From Octopus bimaculoides (taxonomy: Eukaryota), in contig NC_068993.1 in the NCBI RefSeq assembly GCF_001194135.2, positions 47,051,597-47,088,458 on the forward strand: 36,862 nucleotides of DNA. Reading direction: 5' to 3'. Positions 22,475-36,079 of the stretch are shown one piece after another. The notes below the pieces were generated by a model. It was given only the letters and a program-made list of their open reading frames with translations. It was not told the origin of the DNA and ran no database searches. Made by a program: the position numbers and the translations under genes. Every line of letters begins with the position of its first letter. Position 1 is the stretch's first letter.

Positions 22475-23098
22475 GTGTATACTTATTGGTAAATTGCTGA
22501 GTTACATACACGGAGATCTCTCTCTGATTCCGTGTAACGATGTGCAACTCCGAGTAACAAAAGTGTCGACCATTAGCAATCATTCAACATACACACATAC
22601 TTACACGCACATACGCAAAACAAACAAACAAACAAAAAAAGACGATACACAGTCATACACACTCACACACATATATAGCATTAATGTAGACGTAATCGGA
22701 TTTTTCGTTGTTTTTGCTTCGTCATTTGACAGCTGCCAGATGGTTGATATAACTAAATTTCTCAGCACCAATATTCCATTTCAGTGAAGCAACAAAACTT
22801 TTATTGTTGATTAAGCCTATCTCCTCCCGCTAAGAAACCTATGACGTCGTCTAAAATATATTCGTAATGATTTCAGCACAGCAACATTTAATAATAAATC
22901 TTTAGTAACTGTCGTGTAACATAGTAAGGCGGAGCTGGATATCTACATCTATATCTATGTACACCCCCCCCCCCACACACATGTACATAGATATAGATGT
23001 AGATACCCCCAGCTACACGTTACCATGTACAGCAGTAACTGGAGATTTATTGTTAAAAGTTACTGTGCTGAAGTCATTGCGAATATATATATGTATGT

Positions 23099-23131
<33 letters not shown>

Positions 23132-23824
23132 GTGTGTGNNNNNNNNNNNNNNNNNNNNNNNNNNNNNNNNNNNNNNNNNNNNNNNNNNNNNNNNNNNNNN
23201 NNNNNNNNNNNNNNNNNNNNNNNNNNNNNNNNNNNNNNNNNNNNNNNNNNNNNNNNNNNNNNNNNNNNNNNNNNNNNNNNNNNNNNNNNNNNNNNNNNNN
23301 NNNNNNNNNNNNNNNNNNNNNNNNNNNNNNNNNNNNNNNNNNNNNNNNNNNNNNNNNNNNNNNNNNNNNNNNNNNNNNNNNNNNNNNNNNNNNNNNNNNN
23401 NNNNNNNNNNTATATATATATATATATATATATTTGTGTCAGAACCCACAAATACTGTAATATTTATCAAGAGCGAAACATTCTTAGATGGTTATATGCT
23501 GCTATTTCCAGTCGCTTGCTGTCTATCGTTAAAAAAGCTATCATGTGCTTTTACGCTTTGACTGATCGAAGTGCAAATATATCTTACAAAGCGTAGAATA
23601 CAATCCTCAGAGAAGGTTATTCAATTTTTAAACCTTATCCTTCACTACTAAAGTTTCGATGTTTTTCATCTCTGCTTAGCGCCGTTATTTGTGTATTTTT
23701 TCTGATCAGGACATCCGCGAGCACATCTCAGCCACAGATATTGACTGTTCTGAAAATTGAGTTACGGCTTTTAAAATGCACACAGCGTTATCTCTTTAGA
23801 ATGTAACCGGAGTTATCTCTTCAT

Positions 23825-23861
23825 CTACTGATGAAGCTTACGGATCTAGAAACGCGTCTAG
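23825..23861 (+). ncRNA. Type I hammerhead-ribozyme-like motif with intact catalytic core (PLE-type)
   Basis: CTA-CTGATGA-AGCTTACGGATCTA-GAAA-CGCG-TC-TAG. It has an exact CUGAUGA and GAAA, palindromic stem III ACGCGU, a GUC cleavage triplet and a 3-bp stem I. Stem II is weak. Confidence 0.6.
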
Positions 23862-23989
23862 TAATCCGTTAGGAGGAGACACCGAGCAGATAAGGGATTT
23901 TTACACCATTTACCCTATGTGAGAATTTTCTCTCAACGGTAAATGCAGTGAATTTTCCTTTACAATTTAAAATATGTTAAGCTAAATTT

Positions 23990-25260
23990 TGTGACATTGA
24001 TAGTTGTAGTTATTGGCGTTAATACTGGAGGTTGTGTTCACCGTGGTGTTCATAGTGGTGAAGTTGGTTATGATGATGGTGTTAATGATGGTGATAATGA
24101 TGTTGATGAAGATAGATATGGAAGCAGCGGTGGTGGTGCTGATGCTGATCCTGATGTAGATGCCATGGTGGTGCTTGTAGTGGTATTGATCGTGTTGATG
24201 GCCCTAGTTTAGGTACCTATAATAAAAATAAATGCGCCCTTTTAAGACCTAGTCAGGCTCATGGGCCCGGTTTCAATGGCGTATGTGTTCCCCAGCTGGA
24301 GAGGACGCCAGTCCATCGCAGCGTTACTCATTTTTGCCAGCTGAGTGAACTGGAGCAACATGAAATGAAGTGTTTTGCTCAAGAACACAACGCGTCGCCC
24401 GGTCCAGGAATTGAAACCACAATCTTACGATCATGATGCTGACACACTAACCACTAAGCCACGCGCCTCCACTTTAGGTACTTATAATGTTGCTAAAATG
24501 ATAGCGAGTTTGGTGGTGACAACGGTACATGAGTGGTTATTGCGATGACGACACGGTACCAGAGATGGTAGTAAAAGAGAGTGTGCGATGGTGATGATGG
24601 TAATGTGATGATGGCGATGGTGAAAGTGATGGTACTGACTACTGAGGCAGCCTGATGGCACTGGTGGTAAGGATGGCAGTGTTCGCGAATGTGGGACAAT
24701 GGTGATGATGATGATGATGGTCATGATGGTAGTGTTGTTAATGAAAATGGCATTGGGGGGCCGTATTTGTGGTGATGAGGAACTTGCCGTAGCGGTGATG
24801 GTTTTTCTAATGATTTCGCTGGTGATTGTAGATGAATGGAGGTTGTGATTGGGGATGACGGTGGTAGAGACGTCAGTAAAAGAGTGTGTGCGATGATGAT
24901 GATGATAATGATGATGATGATGATGATGATGATAATGATGGTCATGGTGATAGTGTTGTTAATGAAAATGACATTAGTTGTGGCATTTGTGGCGATGAGG
25001 AACTTGCCGTAGCAGTGATGCTTGTTCTGATGATTTTGCTGGTGGTGGTCGTGAAAGTGAAGGTTGTGAACGATAGAGAGATGATGATTGTAGTGATGTT
25101 GATGGTGATTTTGATTATGGTACTAATGATGCCTATTTTACTAGCCGTGCTGGTGACAGTGATGTCAGTATTGGTAATGTTCCATGCCAATGATGACGAT
25201 GATGATGATTATTATAGTGAATATAATAATGATTAAGTGATAATTTGTGATAACTATGGC
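23990..25260. repeat. GAT/GGT-rich degenerate trinucleotide region interrupted by a SINE
   Basis: Directly visible; source of the V/M/D-rich ORFs. Confidence 0.85.
24224..24472 (-). mobile_element. tRNA-derived SINE family C (CORE/V-like blocks), full length with TSD
   Basis: 16-bp TSD TTTAGGTAC(C/T)TATAAT (24208-24223 / 24473-24488). Minus strand has A box TGGCTTAGTGG, B box GGTTTCAATTCC, then GTTGTGTTCTTGAGCAAAACACTTCA and GCGATGGACTGGCGTCC. Confidence 0.88.
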
Positions 25261-25386
25261 GGTCGTGCTAAATATAATGAAGAGGATGTACGGTAATAAT
25301 CTATTATTAAAATGATTAAATTTTTTTTTTACAATAAAGATATCAATTGTAAGGACGACATGAAGGATAATGATTATGAAACGGAG

Positions 25387-25389
<3 letters not shown>

Positions 25390-25442
<53 letters not shown>

Positions 25443-25566
25443 TGGGTGAGAGAGAGAGAGATGGGAGAGAGAAGGAGACGATATTTACAATGATGATGAT
25501 GATGATGATGACAGTTACGAATATGTAGATAAAAATGATTGTAGCATTAAGATGGTATCAATGTTC

Positions 25567-25634
<68 letters not shown>

Positions 25635-25690
25635 GGTGGTGATGATAGTGTTGATGATGGTGGCAGTGATAATGATGATGATGATTATGA
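25390..25690. repeat. (GA)n then (CTG)n to (ATG)n to (GTG)n compound microsatellites
   Basis: Directly visible. Confidence 0.95.
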
Positions 25691-25815
25691 TCTGGATTAT
25701 AGTTCAAAGAAGCAGTGACAAGATTCTTGATAGTGTACCATACATATATACAATCTACACATATGCATGCACATATACGAATGCATTGATATGCATGTGA
25801 GTTCAAGCAAATATA

Positions 25816-25861
<46 letters not shown>

Positions 25862-26111
25862 NNNNNNNNNNNNNNNNNNNNNNNNNNNNNNNNNNNNNNN
25901 NNNNNNNNNNNNNNNNNNNNNNNNNNNNNNNNNNNNNNNNNNNNNNNNNNNNNNNNNNNNNNNNNNNNNNNNNNNNNNNNNNNNNNNNNNNNNNNNNNNN
26001 NNNNNNNNNNNNNNNNNNNNNNNNNNNNNNNNNNNNNNNNNNNNNNNNNNNNNNNNNNNNNNNNNNNNNNNNNNNNTATATATATATATATATATATATG
26101 TGCATTATATA

Positions 26112-26242
26112 TTCTTTCCTACTTTAGGCACAAGGCCTGAAGTTTTGGGGGAGAGAGAACCAGTCGATTAGATTGACGCCAGTACGCAACTGGTACTTAA
26201 TTTATCGAGCCCGAAAGGATGAAAGGCAAAGTCGACGGAATT
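26112..26242 (-). mobile_element. 5'-truncated family M SINE with alternative 3' tail
   Basis: ACTGGTACTTAATTTATCGAGCCCGAAAGGATGAAAGGCAAAGTCGAC matches 2884-2930, but the tail (AGGCACAAGGCCTGAAGTTTTGGGGG) differs. Confidence 0.75.
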
Positions 26243-26440
26243 GCAAACAAACCGAAACTGCTTTCTGAAGAATGTAGGTGAACACAAACACACATATATA
26301 TATATGAGTAATATACGACGGGATTCCACACAGTTTCAATTTACCTAATTCAGTCACGAGTCATAAGTTGCCTCGGGTCTATAGTAAATGATCATTGCAA
26401 GCAGAAGAGCTGAATTACAAAACATGAAATTATAGCTGCA
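26243..26440 (-). mobile_element. Old SINE family A fragment abutting the family M copy
   Basis: ATACGACGGGATTCCACACAGTTTC..TTCAGTCACGAG..CTCGGGTCTATAGTAAA resembles the family A core. Confidence 0.45.
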
Positions 26441-27420
26441 TCGATATTTATATATTCACATATACACGTCCACATTTATAAATACTTACAATTAATACGT
26501 CCCTTTCTTACGCCAGGTTGTGATTTCAGGAATGTTTGGCTACTGTTTCTAGCAAGCGATGTAATAAACGTAGTAAATACATTCTTCTTTCGCGAGTGTA
26601 TATATGTTGCGTTTATATACAAGAGGATGCGTTTACACGTTATTGATGTGTATATATTAACTATTCGTGAGATAATTACGACCATCAAAACCTTATATTT
26701 ATGGATAGAGAGACACATACACATATGTACACACACGTACACAGACACAGACACATACATTCACTCACATACACTCCCCCCCCCCACATATCGAAACTAT
26801 ATATATATATATAGTCACACATACATAAATGTACATAATTTTGCGTTTGGTATCATATTCTTAATATCTCTATTACAGATATGTTATGATATCAGATGAA
26901 CAAAATATGATACACATACATACAATCATAAATGCACATTTATATATAAATATATATTTATCTAAATATATACTCATATATGTATGTATAAATAGATACG
27001 TACATACGCAGACACACACTCACTCTCTCCCTCACATACACACATATACATTTGTGTGAATGTATATCATATATTAGATGCAGTGCAGCCAAGTTACCAT
27101 ATGGAAACGTTAATCGTTAATCTAAATAACTGGTTGCCTGTAAAGATTAAAATGTAATTACCTAAGATGACTTATCTTTGACAATGAGCAAAACACACAC
27201 CATCATATACTCATCATCACACACACTTACAAACATTCACAACACGCAAATACACACTCGAATGCACACACAAACAAACGCACATTTATAAACTACCGCA
27301 GGTCATGTTACCCTGAAATGTTTCATTTAGGAAATTTTGATATATCCTCCTCAATTATTTTGTATTCATCATCACACAGACGTAAATATTCATTTGTCAT
27401 ATATATATATATATATATAA

Positions 27421-27451
<31 letters not shown>

Positions 27452-27492
27452 AATATATACATATACACAGAAATACATATAAATATATAAAC

Positions 27493-27527
<35 letters not shown>

Positions 27528-27976
27528 NNNNNNNNNNNNNNNNNNNNNNNNNNNNNNNNNNNNNNNNNNNNNNNNNNNNNNNNNNNNNNNNNNNNNNNNN
27601 NNNNNNNNNNNNNNNNNNNNNNNNNNNNNNNNNNNNNNNNNNNNNNNNNNNNNNNNNNNNNNNNNNNNNNNNNNNNNNNNNNNNNNNNNNNNNNNNNNNN
27701 NNNNNNNNNNNNNNNNNNNNNNNNNNNNNNNNNNNNNNNNNNNNNNNNNNNNNNNNNNNNNNNNNNNNNNNNNNNNNNNNNNNNNNNNNNNNNNNNNNNN
27801 NNNNNNNNNNNNNNNNNNNNNNNNNNNNNNNNNNNNNNNNNNNNNNNNNNNNNNNNNNNNNNNNNNNNNNNNNNNNNNNNNNNNNNNNNNNNNNNNNNNN
27901 NNNNNNNNNNNNNNNNNNNNNNNNNNNNNNNNNNNNNNNNNNNNNNNNNNNNNNNNNNNNNNNNNNNNNNNNNNNN

Positions 27977-28056
<80 letters not shown>

Positions 28057-28133
28057 AAATAAATGTATGTATACAATTAGTGCATCCGTCACAGGTATAT
28101 ATGTACATTTACACATGCATGTAAATGTGCGAT

Positions 28134-28265
28134 AGACTGGCAAAACGAGCATAACGCCTGGCAAGGAGCCTTGCGAGTTAGTTTTGGCCCTTTTGTATCA
28201 GAGTTCAAATCACGCTTATTTCAATATTTCCCGTCATACTTCTGGGGTTGATGAAATAAGATACG
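28134..28265 (+). mobile_element. Very old family M SINE 5' part
   Basis: CTGGCAAAACG..GAGTTCAAATCACGC..GGGGTTGATGAAATAAG parallels the family M consensus. Confidence 0.35.
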
Positions 28266-28840
28266 GGGAAATATTGCGTTTAACGTAACTTGTCAAACCC
28301 CTGACCTATATATTGTTAAATTTCTTGTTTGTAGCTAAACTCATAACCTAAATCAGAAACGGTAATTACAAAAATTAACATTTCAGAAACGATAATACTA
28401 ACATTAAGTTTTCTGTTACGAGGAATCATTTGAGACAGTTTCATGAAGAGCTACTGGTCTTGCTGGGAATGTCAGGTACAAAGGTGATCTACAGAACGTT
28501 TATTGAAAGTTTAGATGAATGTTATATGGAATTCAAAAGATTCCCCATGAAGAGGTTAAAATTAATTTTAATACTCAGATTTTAGAAACATGTTTAAACT
28601 TAATGCCAAAGTGTTAAAAGTTATACAAAAGCTATATGAATATATCCTGTATAACGATGTGATCTTTAGTAGATAATAGTTATTAGTAGATAATAGAGCC
28701 ATTACACTAGGTAATGTAGAAATTAGAATTGTTTAGAGAATACAGGACACAGACAGTGCAACCGCAATGAAAACTAATTAAACTTGCAGTGATGTTTATA
28801 ATTAAATGACTATTTAATAAGTAGAAATAATTCGTTCAAA

Positions 28841-28999
28841 TTTTGGCACAAGACCATCGGTATTTGGGGAGGTGCATTTTGATTACATCGACCCCTGTGT
28901 TCCACTGGTGCCCCTAGAAACATGAATTTGGACTCAGAACGTGAAAACGAAGGCTAAGCATTTTGTCCAGCGGAGTAACGATTCTGTCAATCCGCCGCC
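28841..28999 (-). mobile_element. Degenerate, internally deleted family M SINE
   Basis: TTTTGGCACAAGACC..GATTACATCGACCCC..CACTGGT..GAATTTGGACTCAGAACGT..AAGCATTTTGTCCAGCG..AACGATTCTGTCAATCCGCCGCC. Confidence 0.65.
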
Positions 29000-29719
29000 T
29001 ACAATGTAGACATAAGAACGTGGTTAGTTTGAGTTTTCTGCAAGATTCTATCCGCAAGAGTAGCATTCGTGCACTAGGGGTCAATGAAATCGATTATCGC
29101 TGTCCTCTAAAATTTGAGTCCTTGCTCATGTAGTAGATGGCATTATTAACTCTTAATCAATGTTCATAAGTATTTCTGTCATTTGACATCTAGTAGGTTT
29201 TAGTTAAGCTCTTTTGTTTCGCCTTTTACGAAGGTCAATCAACATTAGAAAGACTGATAATTTCAAAACAGCGCTAGCCTCTGATACTCAGATCAGGAAT
29301 TGATTTGTAACATTATGTGAATGACACCCCGTGTGTATATGAGATCCAAGATACAGGAGGAAAAATCCATCGTTCAATATGAAAGGCTACCTTCGTTTAC
29401 ATTACGAGAATTTTGTCAGCCCTTTTTATGTGACCAATGAGAATTGAACAGAGACTGGCTGTTACGTAGTATGAATTTGTTGATTTCACCATTGACTGAA
29501 AGGAATGCATGAATGCAAATACCTCTGATTATGTGTGTTGTGTATAAGTGTTCATATTTGTATGAATATATGCATATTTGTGATGATTGCCTCATCTCGT
29601 CAGATGACAGCTGTTTCACATGATAGTGAGACAAACGTACTTCACTGGATTTAAGTGGCAATAGCTTATACGACACAGTTGTCACTCATTTCGTTTCCAT
29701 AGTAGATAAAAGTGACAAA

Positions 29720-29833
29720 TATTCTTTTCTACTCCAGTCGATTAGATCGACCCGACTACGCAACTGGTACTTAATTTATCGACCCCGAAAGGATGAAAGG
29801 CAAAGTCGACCTCAGTGGAATTTGAACTTAGAA
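29720..29833 (-). mobile_element. Family M SINE central fragment
   Basis: GCAACTGGTACTTAATTTATCGACCCCGAAAGGATGAAAGGCAAAGTCGACCTCAGTGGAATTTGAACT is nearly identical to 2880-2948. Confidence 0.8.
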
Positions 29834-30843
29834 ACAATGACAAGTATTACAAGATGGCTGATACTATTCCGGCTGCGAGTTTTATGCCAGAGTATCTATC
29901 ACTTACAAGAGTTTCCCTTCCGACAGTGTGATCAAGAATAAAGGGAGCCTTCTATATCTCTATACCACTGGGAAGTCTATTTAAACTGTGGATGGACTTG
30001 ACAGGTGCTACCGTTCAGAGTCAGAATGAATCCCGGAGTAATGATAATTAAGGAATGATCCACTCCACTCCACACAGTCTCCAGAACTTCGAACCGAAAC
30101 CTCGACACCGGTTGCAGTTCAATGTGTGTGTTTGGGTGTATAGATGAACGAATATGTGTATGAAAATATATGCATGTGTATATATAATCTATATATNNNN
30201 NNNNNNNNNNNNNNNNNNNNNNNNNNNNNNNNNNNNNNNNNNNNNNNNNNNNNNNNNNNNNNNNNNNNNNNNNNNNNNNNNNNNNNNNNNNNNNNNNNNN
30301 NNNNNNNNNNNNNNNNNNNNNNNATATATGTATTTGATGTACTGATCCGTGCCAGAAAATTCAACAAATAAGTATTCCATCTGGTAAGAGAGAAACGTTA
30401 TATATTTAAAGGTCATAGTATAGTACATGTATTAAAGCGCTACTAATAGTTTTATACGCTGAGAAAACTCAATCATATTTTCCAGGTACAAACCACGTAC
30501 CATAATGAAGTAAAGAAATTAAATTATAGAAGAAACGCAAAAAAATTGAGAAGGCATTATATAGAAAACGCAGACGGTAAACAACGGAATACGAAAAATA
30601 GAGACTAAAATGTAAAAAATGAAAGTAAAAACGTAGAAGAGCTATCCTACTTAGGTCTTAAATGATGAGGCTGGAAAGATATCAAGTCACTCAGGAATAG
30701 GCGGAATTTTGCAATACTTCAAAATCTATTTATACTTATGCATGCAACCACTGAAAATTTCTGACCTGGAGTTCAATAATGAGTTAGGGGTATATATAAA
30801 AGCCTTACTTAATCGTCCAATATCTGATCTAATCTAATACGGC

Positions 30844-30892
<49 letters not shown>

Positions 30893-31179
30893 AACACATT
30901 CATATATATGTTTATATATATAAAGATCTATGTATGTGTGTGTATNNNNNNNNNNNNNNNNNNNNNNNNNNNNNNNNNNNNNNNNNNNNNNNNNNNNNNN
31001 NNNNNNNNNNNNNNNNNNNNNNNNNNNNNNNNNNNNNNNNNNNNNNNNNNNNNNNNNNNNNNNNNNNNNNNNNNNNNNNNNNNNNNNNNNNNNNNNNNNN
31101 NNNNNNNNNNNNNNNNNNNNNNNNNNNNNNNNNNNNNNNNNNNNNNNNNNNNNNNNNNNNNNNNNNNNNNNNNNNNNNN

Positions 31180-31244
<65 letters not shown>

Positions 31245-31729
31245 ATATATTCCTATATATATATATCAGAGCGAGATATAATAAATCTCTAAGGGTTAGC
31301 CACATTTAGGTGGTAAATATACTTCACTATATATATATATATATATAGTCACATATGCATGTATGTGTGTATGTATAATATATATTTGTATCTTTGCATG
31401 CAGATGTGCGCCTACATATTTATGAATGTGTATTTACTTATAATCTATGCGTGGCAGTGAATGTTTTTATGTGTGTGCTGATATGTATTCATAACTAGCT
31501 GCTCTTCCGTTACGTCCTATCTTAATGTAATCTTTTATCTCTTATTTGCACTGTAGTTGTTTTATGTGTTGTTGTTGCTTATGCTAATGCTTCTGTTGCT
31601 GTTATTGTTGTTTTTGTTGTTTTCTCATTATAATCGGGAATGTTCTCCTCGTTCTTCTTATTTTCTCTAGTAGTGAAATTCCTAATTAGCTAGTTGAAAC
31701 ACTATCCCTAGCTATGGCGACAGCGACGG

Positions 31730-31881
31730 CGACGATGACGACGACGCTAACAGTACACCACTAATAGCATCATCATAACCAGCACCAGCACCACCATTAC
31801 CACCACCATTACCACCACCACCACCAAAACCACCACTAACAACACCACCACCACCACCAACAACAACATCACTATTACTTC

Positions 31882-31926
<45 letters not shown>

Positions 31927-31959
31927 CATAAGAACAACAACAACAACAACAACAACAAC

Positions 31960-32021
<62 letters not shown>

Positions 32022-32040
32022 TAGTAATAATAATAATAGT
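31730..32040. repeat. (GAC)/(CAC)/(TAA)/(CAA) compound trinucleotide tract
   Basis: Directly visible. Confidence 0.95.
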
Positions 32041-32854
32041 AATGGCTATGCAAGCAAATAACGAGAATGTTAATTTGATCATGTCTTTACTTCCGGATAT
32101 TATGCAAATGACTAATGTGACTCTCTAGAAATGAATGCTATTTTAATTAAATTTTTGAAAATGCCATTACGTATTTCCCTGATACCATTAGACTGGAGAC
32201 AGGGTTTCATGAGGTCTCGTTGAATATTGAGTAGCTTAACCATCGAACTATGTGGGGAGACTCATCTATGTTGCCGATTGTGTATTTGTAAAGTTTGCGA
32301 AATTTGGATAAGTTCGTTTACTTTATTGAGAAGCTCTGAGCAAAGCTCATCTTTAGATTCTTTGTCGTTTGTATTGTTTGCACTGTAGAACTAACACCGG
32401 AGAGAGGGATGTTTTATAGAAAGCTCCTTGCTTACATTTCTATCAAATTTCTGATATCAGCATTTCTAGAAAGGATGGTTGGTCCTACATAAGCTTTCAT
32501 CACTGAAAACAGTCCTCAATGCGGATAGTCGAACAACCAACGGTTTGATCCTCAGACGTTGAGTTATTGAACTTTACATTTCTTCATATGAAATAAAAAA
32601 AAGAGAGTATGGCCTACTGGCGGCACTTTGAAACCAATATGTCTCTTACCGACTGACCGTGTGACCAAATGCACATAAACGTCCTTCCACCCTACCTGTC
32701 TGTAAAATTAACTGTTGGTTTTGTTGCTGTTATTGTTTACTCGTTGGTCAACCCTAATGATGCAGATTTAAGATTAAATACCATTTAGTAGTGATCGTAT
32801 AGCTTCCTCCCTAAGAGCCATATTCTACCCCCTAAAACAGGAAAGACATAAGAC

Positions 32855-33098
32855 CAGTGTTTCTGAACCACCTTTTACCTATGTATCCCTGTGATTCCTA
32901 TTTTACTGGGATAGACCATCATACCCATTCGATGTTTAAAAAAACATTAGATTTTAAAAATTAAATATTATTAGGAATTGTATAAAAATATTCTGAAAAT
33001 ATTGTTGGAGTATAACCAAGTTATTGCAAATAAATTTCAACCACAAAATCTTATATGGACCCTACAAGGGCCATATGGATCACAGTTGAGGACTCCTG
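32855..33098. mobile_element. Probable old hAT (Charlie-like) MITE, ~244 bp
   Basis: Imperfect TIRs CAGTGTTTCTGAACC / AGTTGAGGACTCCTG. The 8-bp flanks CATAAGAC / ATGTAGAC match at only 4 of 8 positions. Confidence 0.5.
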
Positions 33099-33370
33099 AT
33101 GTAGACCGTCATATATAAAAAGGGAAATATAGTTATAATTGGAGCGTTTTTGCGCAAAAGTTTATGCAGCTGGAACTTACTGGGCACTAAGCTTAAGGTA
33201 TTGTTTTTATCCATCTCTGCCTGACCTATGATACTTTAATTGTATGTGGCTCTTTGATGTATTGTTCTTTCTGACCCATCTCAGTGTTTTAATCTTTCAT
33301 AGTATTTGCATATGTGTATGATTCTTTGAGAAACTGTTCTGAACCACCTTCCTGCTTTAATCTGTGAGCA

Positions 33371-33374
<4 letters not shown>

Positions 33375-33420
<46 letters not shown>
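33375..33420. repeat. (CT)n microsatellite
   Basis: Directly visible. Confidence 0.95.
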
Positions 33421-33424
<4 letters not shown>

Positions 33425-33629
33425 TACATATATACATATATATGTAGTTCAAAGAAATGTATCGTATCAAATATTATACCAATTAATTTTCTTATTAGTC
33501 TTTCTGATCCTTCTTATTGTTGAATAATGTTCTTCTTTAAGTATAAACATAAATAGTTGTTGCTGTGCATAGCAGACTCAGTATAATATGAATCTTTGTA
33601 GGAATTTCGCTAATCCTCCAAACAATCAT

Positions 33630-33680
<51 letters not shown>

Positions 33681-35589
33681 GAGGCACTAACACACTAACA
33701 CACACACACGCATACGCTGATGCAGTGTAAGAAGTTTTTTGATTTCATGCCAATAAAAGTAATTTAGGCGGAGCAATGGTACATCAGAAGTCTCATTTGA
33801 TTGTTATTTGAGAGAAAGTGAATGGAGATTGCGCAATCACACATAAAAGCATGGTGGTGAATTGTAGAGTATTTGAAAACATTCTTATTGCTATATGCGA
33901 ACAATATGTTCTTTAACTGTTTATTGAGATCATTGATTTGTTTTTCTTGAAGTAAGAATATAATCTTTACTTCGTTTTTTATCAAATAAAACTACTTTGT
34001 TTTAATATCCATTGATTGACTGATCGCTGTATAGATTAGTTTAAAATTTAATTTCAAATATATTCATTGCTATAAAGTAGACATAAACAATTGAAATTTA
34101 AGTATATGTTTATATTTAAACATACATATATTGGAATAAGTAAAGTATTCAAAGAACGAAGTATTTGATGATGAAAGCATTTTATAATTAATTTGGTAAC
34201 GTAATATCGGATATTTTATTGCTGTATTCAGACTTTCGTTTTTATGCACGACCGGTGGCTAAGAATTTCGCCGCAAACCAGGGCTAAAATTTTAGCAGTT
34301 CAACATTAAGTATATTTATTTATAGATCCGCGTGTTTATAGGTTGTGAATCTGAAGACGTACGTTTAACGATGCTTACATATAACGTCGGTAAGACTTTA
34401 GTTTGGATCTTTATCAAAAGCAAGACATAATATGTATATAGATTCATAGGATATCAAGCAATTCGTGAATTTATAGTCTTGGGCATGAATAAGCTATATT
34501 ACAAATTTTGGCAGAGATGCATGTACACATTTAAAGCTAAATTAAGCCATCAAAAGCTTATCAAAATGTGAATTCACTTATCTCTCATGAATCTCTATGT
34601 GATTCCCGAGTAGAAATCCTAGGTTACCGTATACATAGTTCCCCAAAACTATTTCCAACTAATTTTTTTACACCTTAACGTTCTACACACTCCTAAGCCT
34701 TGGAAAAGAGTCAAAATTCAGAAGACACTGGTTCCAACATGGATCAACGGGTCGCAAGAGAGCCAGGCATATATCCATGGGTCAAGTGCAGCCGTTAACC
34801 CATAAATATTTTAAGCTCTGGCAATTCTCCGCAATTCTCTCATCAGCTATGTTATCCCGATTTCATTGCAATTTTTTCAAAGTCAGCGTAGTTTCCCCAA
34901 ACTAAACTAGTTCATCATTTCTCCAACTCATGTAGTAAATAGTCTGATCATTTCAGCCCATATCGCTGTGCCGTGTTAAGATAAGATACGTGCTGGAAAT
35001 ACAAAGTTAAGCAATCACGTGTTATCCAGATCTTTGGCTTTTATTGAGAATTCCATAACCAACGACGATTTGTAACCCTTATAGAATAATACGCTCTATC
35101 TGGTAACACAATAAGATGCCAGTATTGACCACACCACTTTTTTCATTTAATCATGGAATTCAGGCCAACTCAATGCAATCTTAAACGATAAGATGTGATT
35201 TCAGCAAGATTTGGCTGCCGTTTCTAACAGAACGAATAAAATCAAAGGGACTCCTTTGTACTTTTGCTTATTAGAACAGAAGGCAGGATGATGATGTTAG
35301 TGGTGGTGCTGATGGTGTTGTGTACAGTAGGTAATTACAACTGATGGGGAAGAGGCTGACGGTTCATAATGAAGAATGCAATGTAATTCATATTACAAAT
35401 TTGATATCCTCCCACGCACCCTATCGCTGTAGTAAACGATGCTATAAGACAACAATTAACACAACCACACCCAAAAGAAATGTTTAACAAAAGCTCTCAA
35501 CCATAGTAATGGTGTGACTTATACGACAAACTGCATTAGTTATATTCACTGCTTTCCTTCTTGTTATTCGATACCATACAAAATTGACA

Positions 35590-35620
<31 letters not shown>

Positions 35621-36043
35621 NNNNNNNNNNNNNNNNNNNNNNNNNNNNNNNNNNNNNNNNNNNNNNNNNNNNNNNNNNNNNNNNNNNNNNNNNNNNNNNN
35701 NNNNNNNNNNNNNNNNNNNNNNNNNNNNNNNNNNNNNNNNNNNNNNNNNNNNNNNNNNNNNNNNNNNNNNNNNNNNNNNNNNNNNNNNNNNNNNNNNNNN
35801 NNNNNNNNNNNNNNNNNNNNNNNNNNNNNNNNNNNNNNNNNNNNNNNNNNNNNNNNNNNNNNNNNNNNNNNNNNNNNNNNNNNNNNNNNNNNNNNNNNNN
35901 NNNNNNNNNNNNNNNNNNNNNNNNNNNNNNNNNNNNNNNNNNNNNNNNNNNNNNNNNNNNNNNNNNNNNNNNNNNNNNNNNNNNNNNNNNNNNNNNNNNN
36001 NNNNNNNNNNNNNNNNNNNNNNNNNNNNNNNNNNNNNNNNNNN

Positions 36044-36079
<36 letters not shown>

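Noticed and set aside
23450-23820. Possible GIY-YIG coding remnant upstream of the 23825 hammerhead
   Set aside because: There are only vague fragments (VIFIKSETF, KCKYILQS) and no motif could be aligned with confidence.
28379-28582. Stop-free stretch of about 67 codons (..LLVLLGMSGTKVIYRTFIESLDECYMEFKRFP..)
   Set aside because: The length is within chance expectation, there are several equally weak donors, and no motif was recognised.
34715-34810. Minus-strand LDPWIY motif resembling GPCR TM7
   Set aside because: The open frame is only about 30 codons, bounded by stops, with no upstream TM segments or convincing splice sites.
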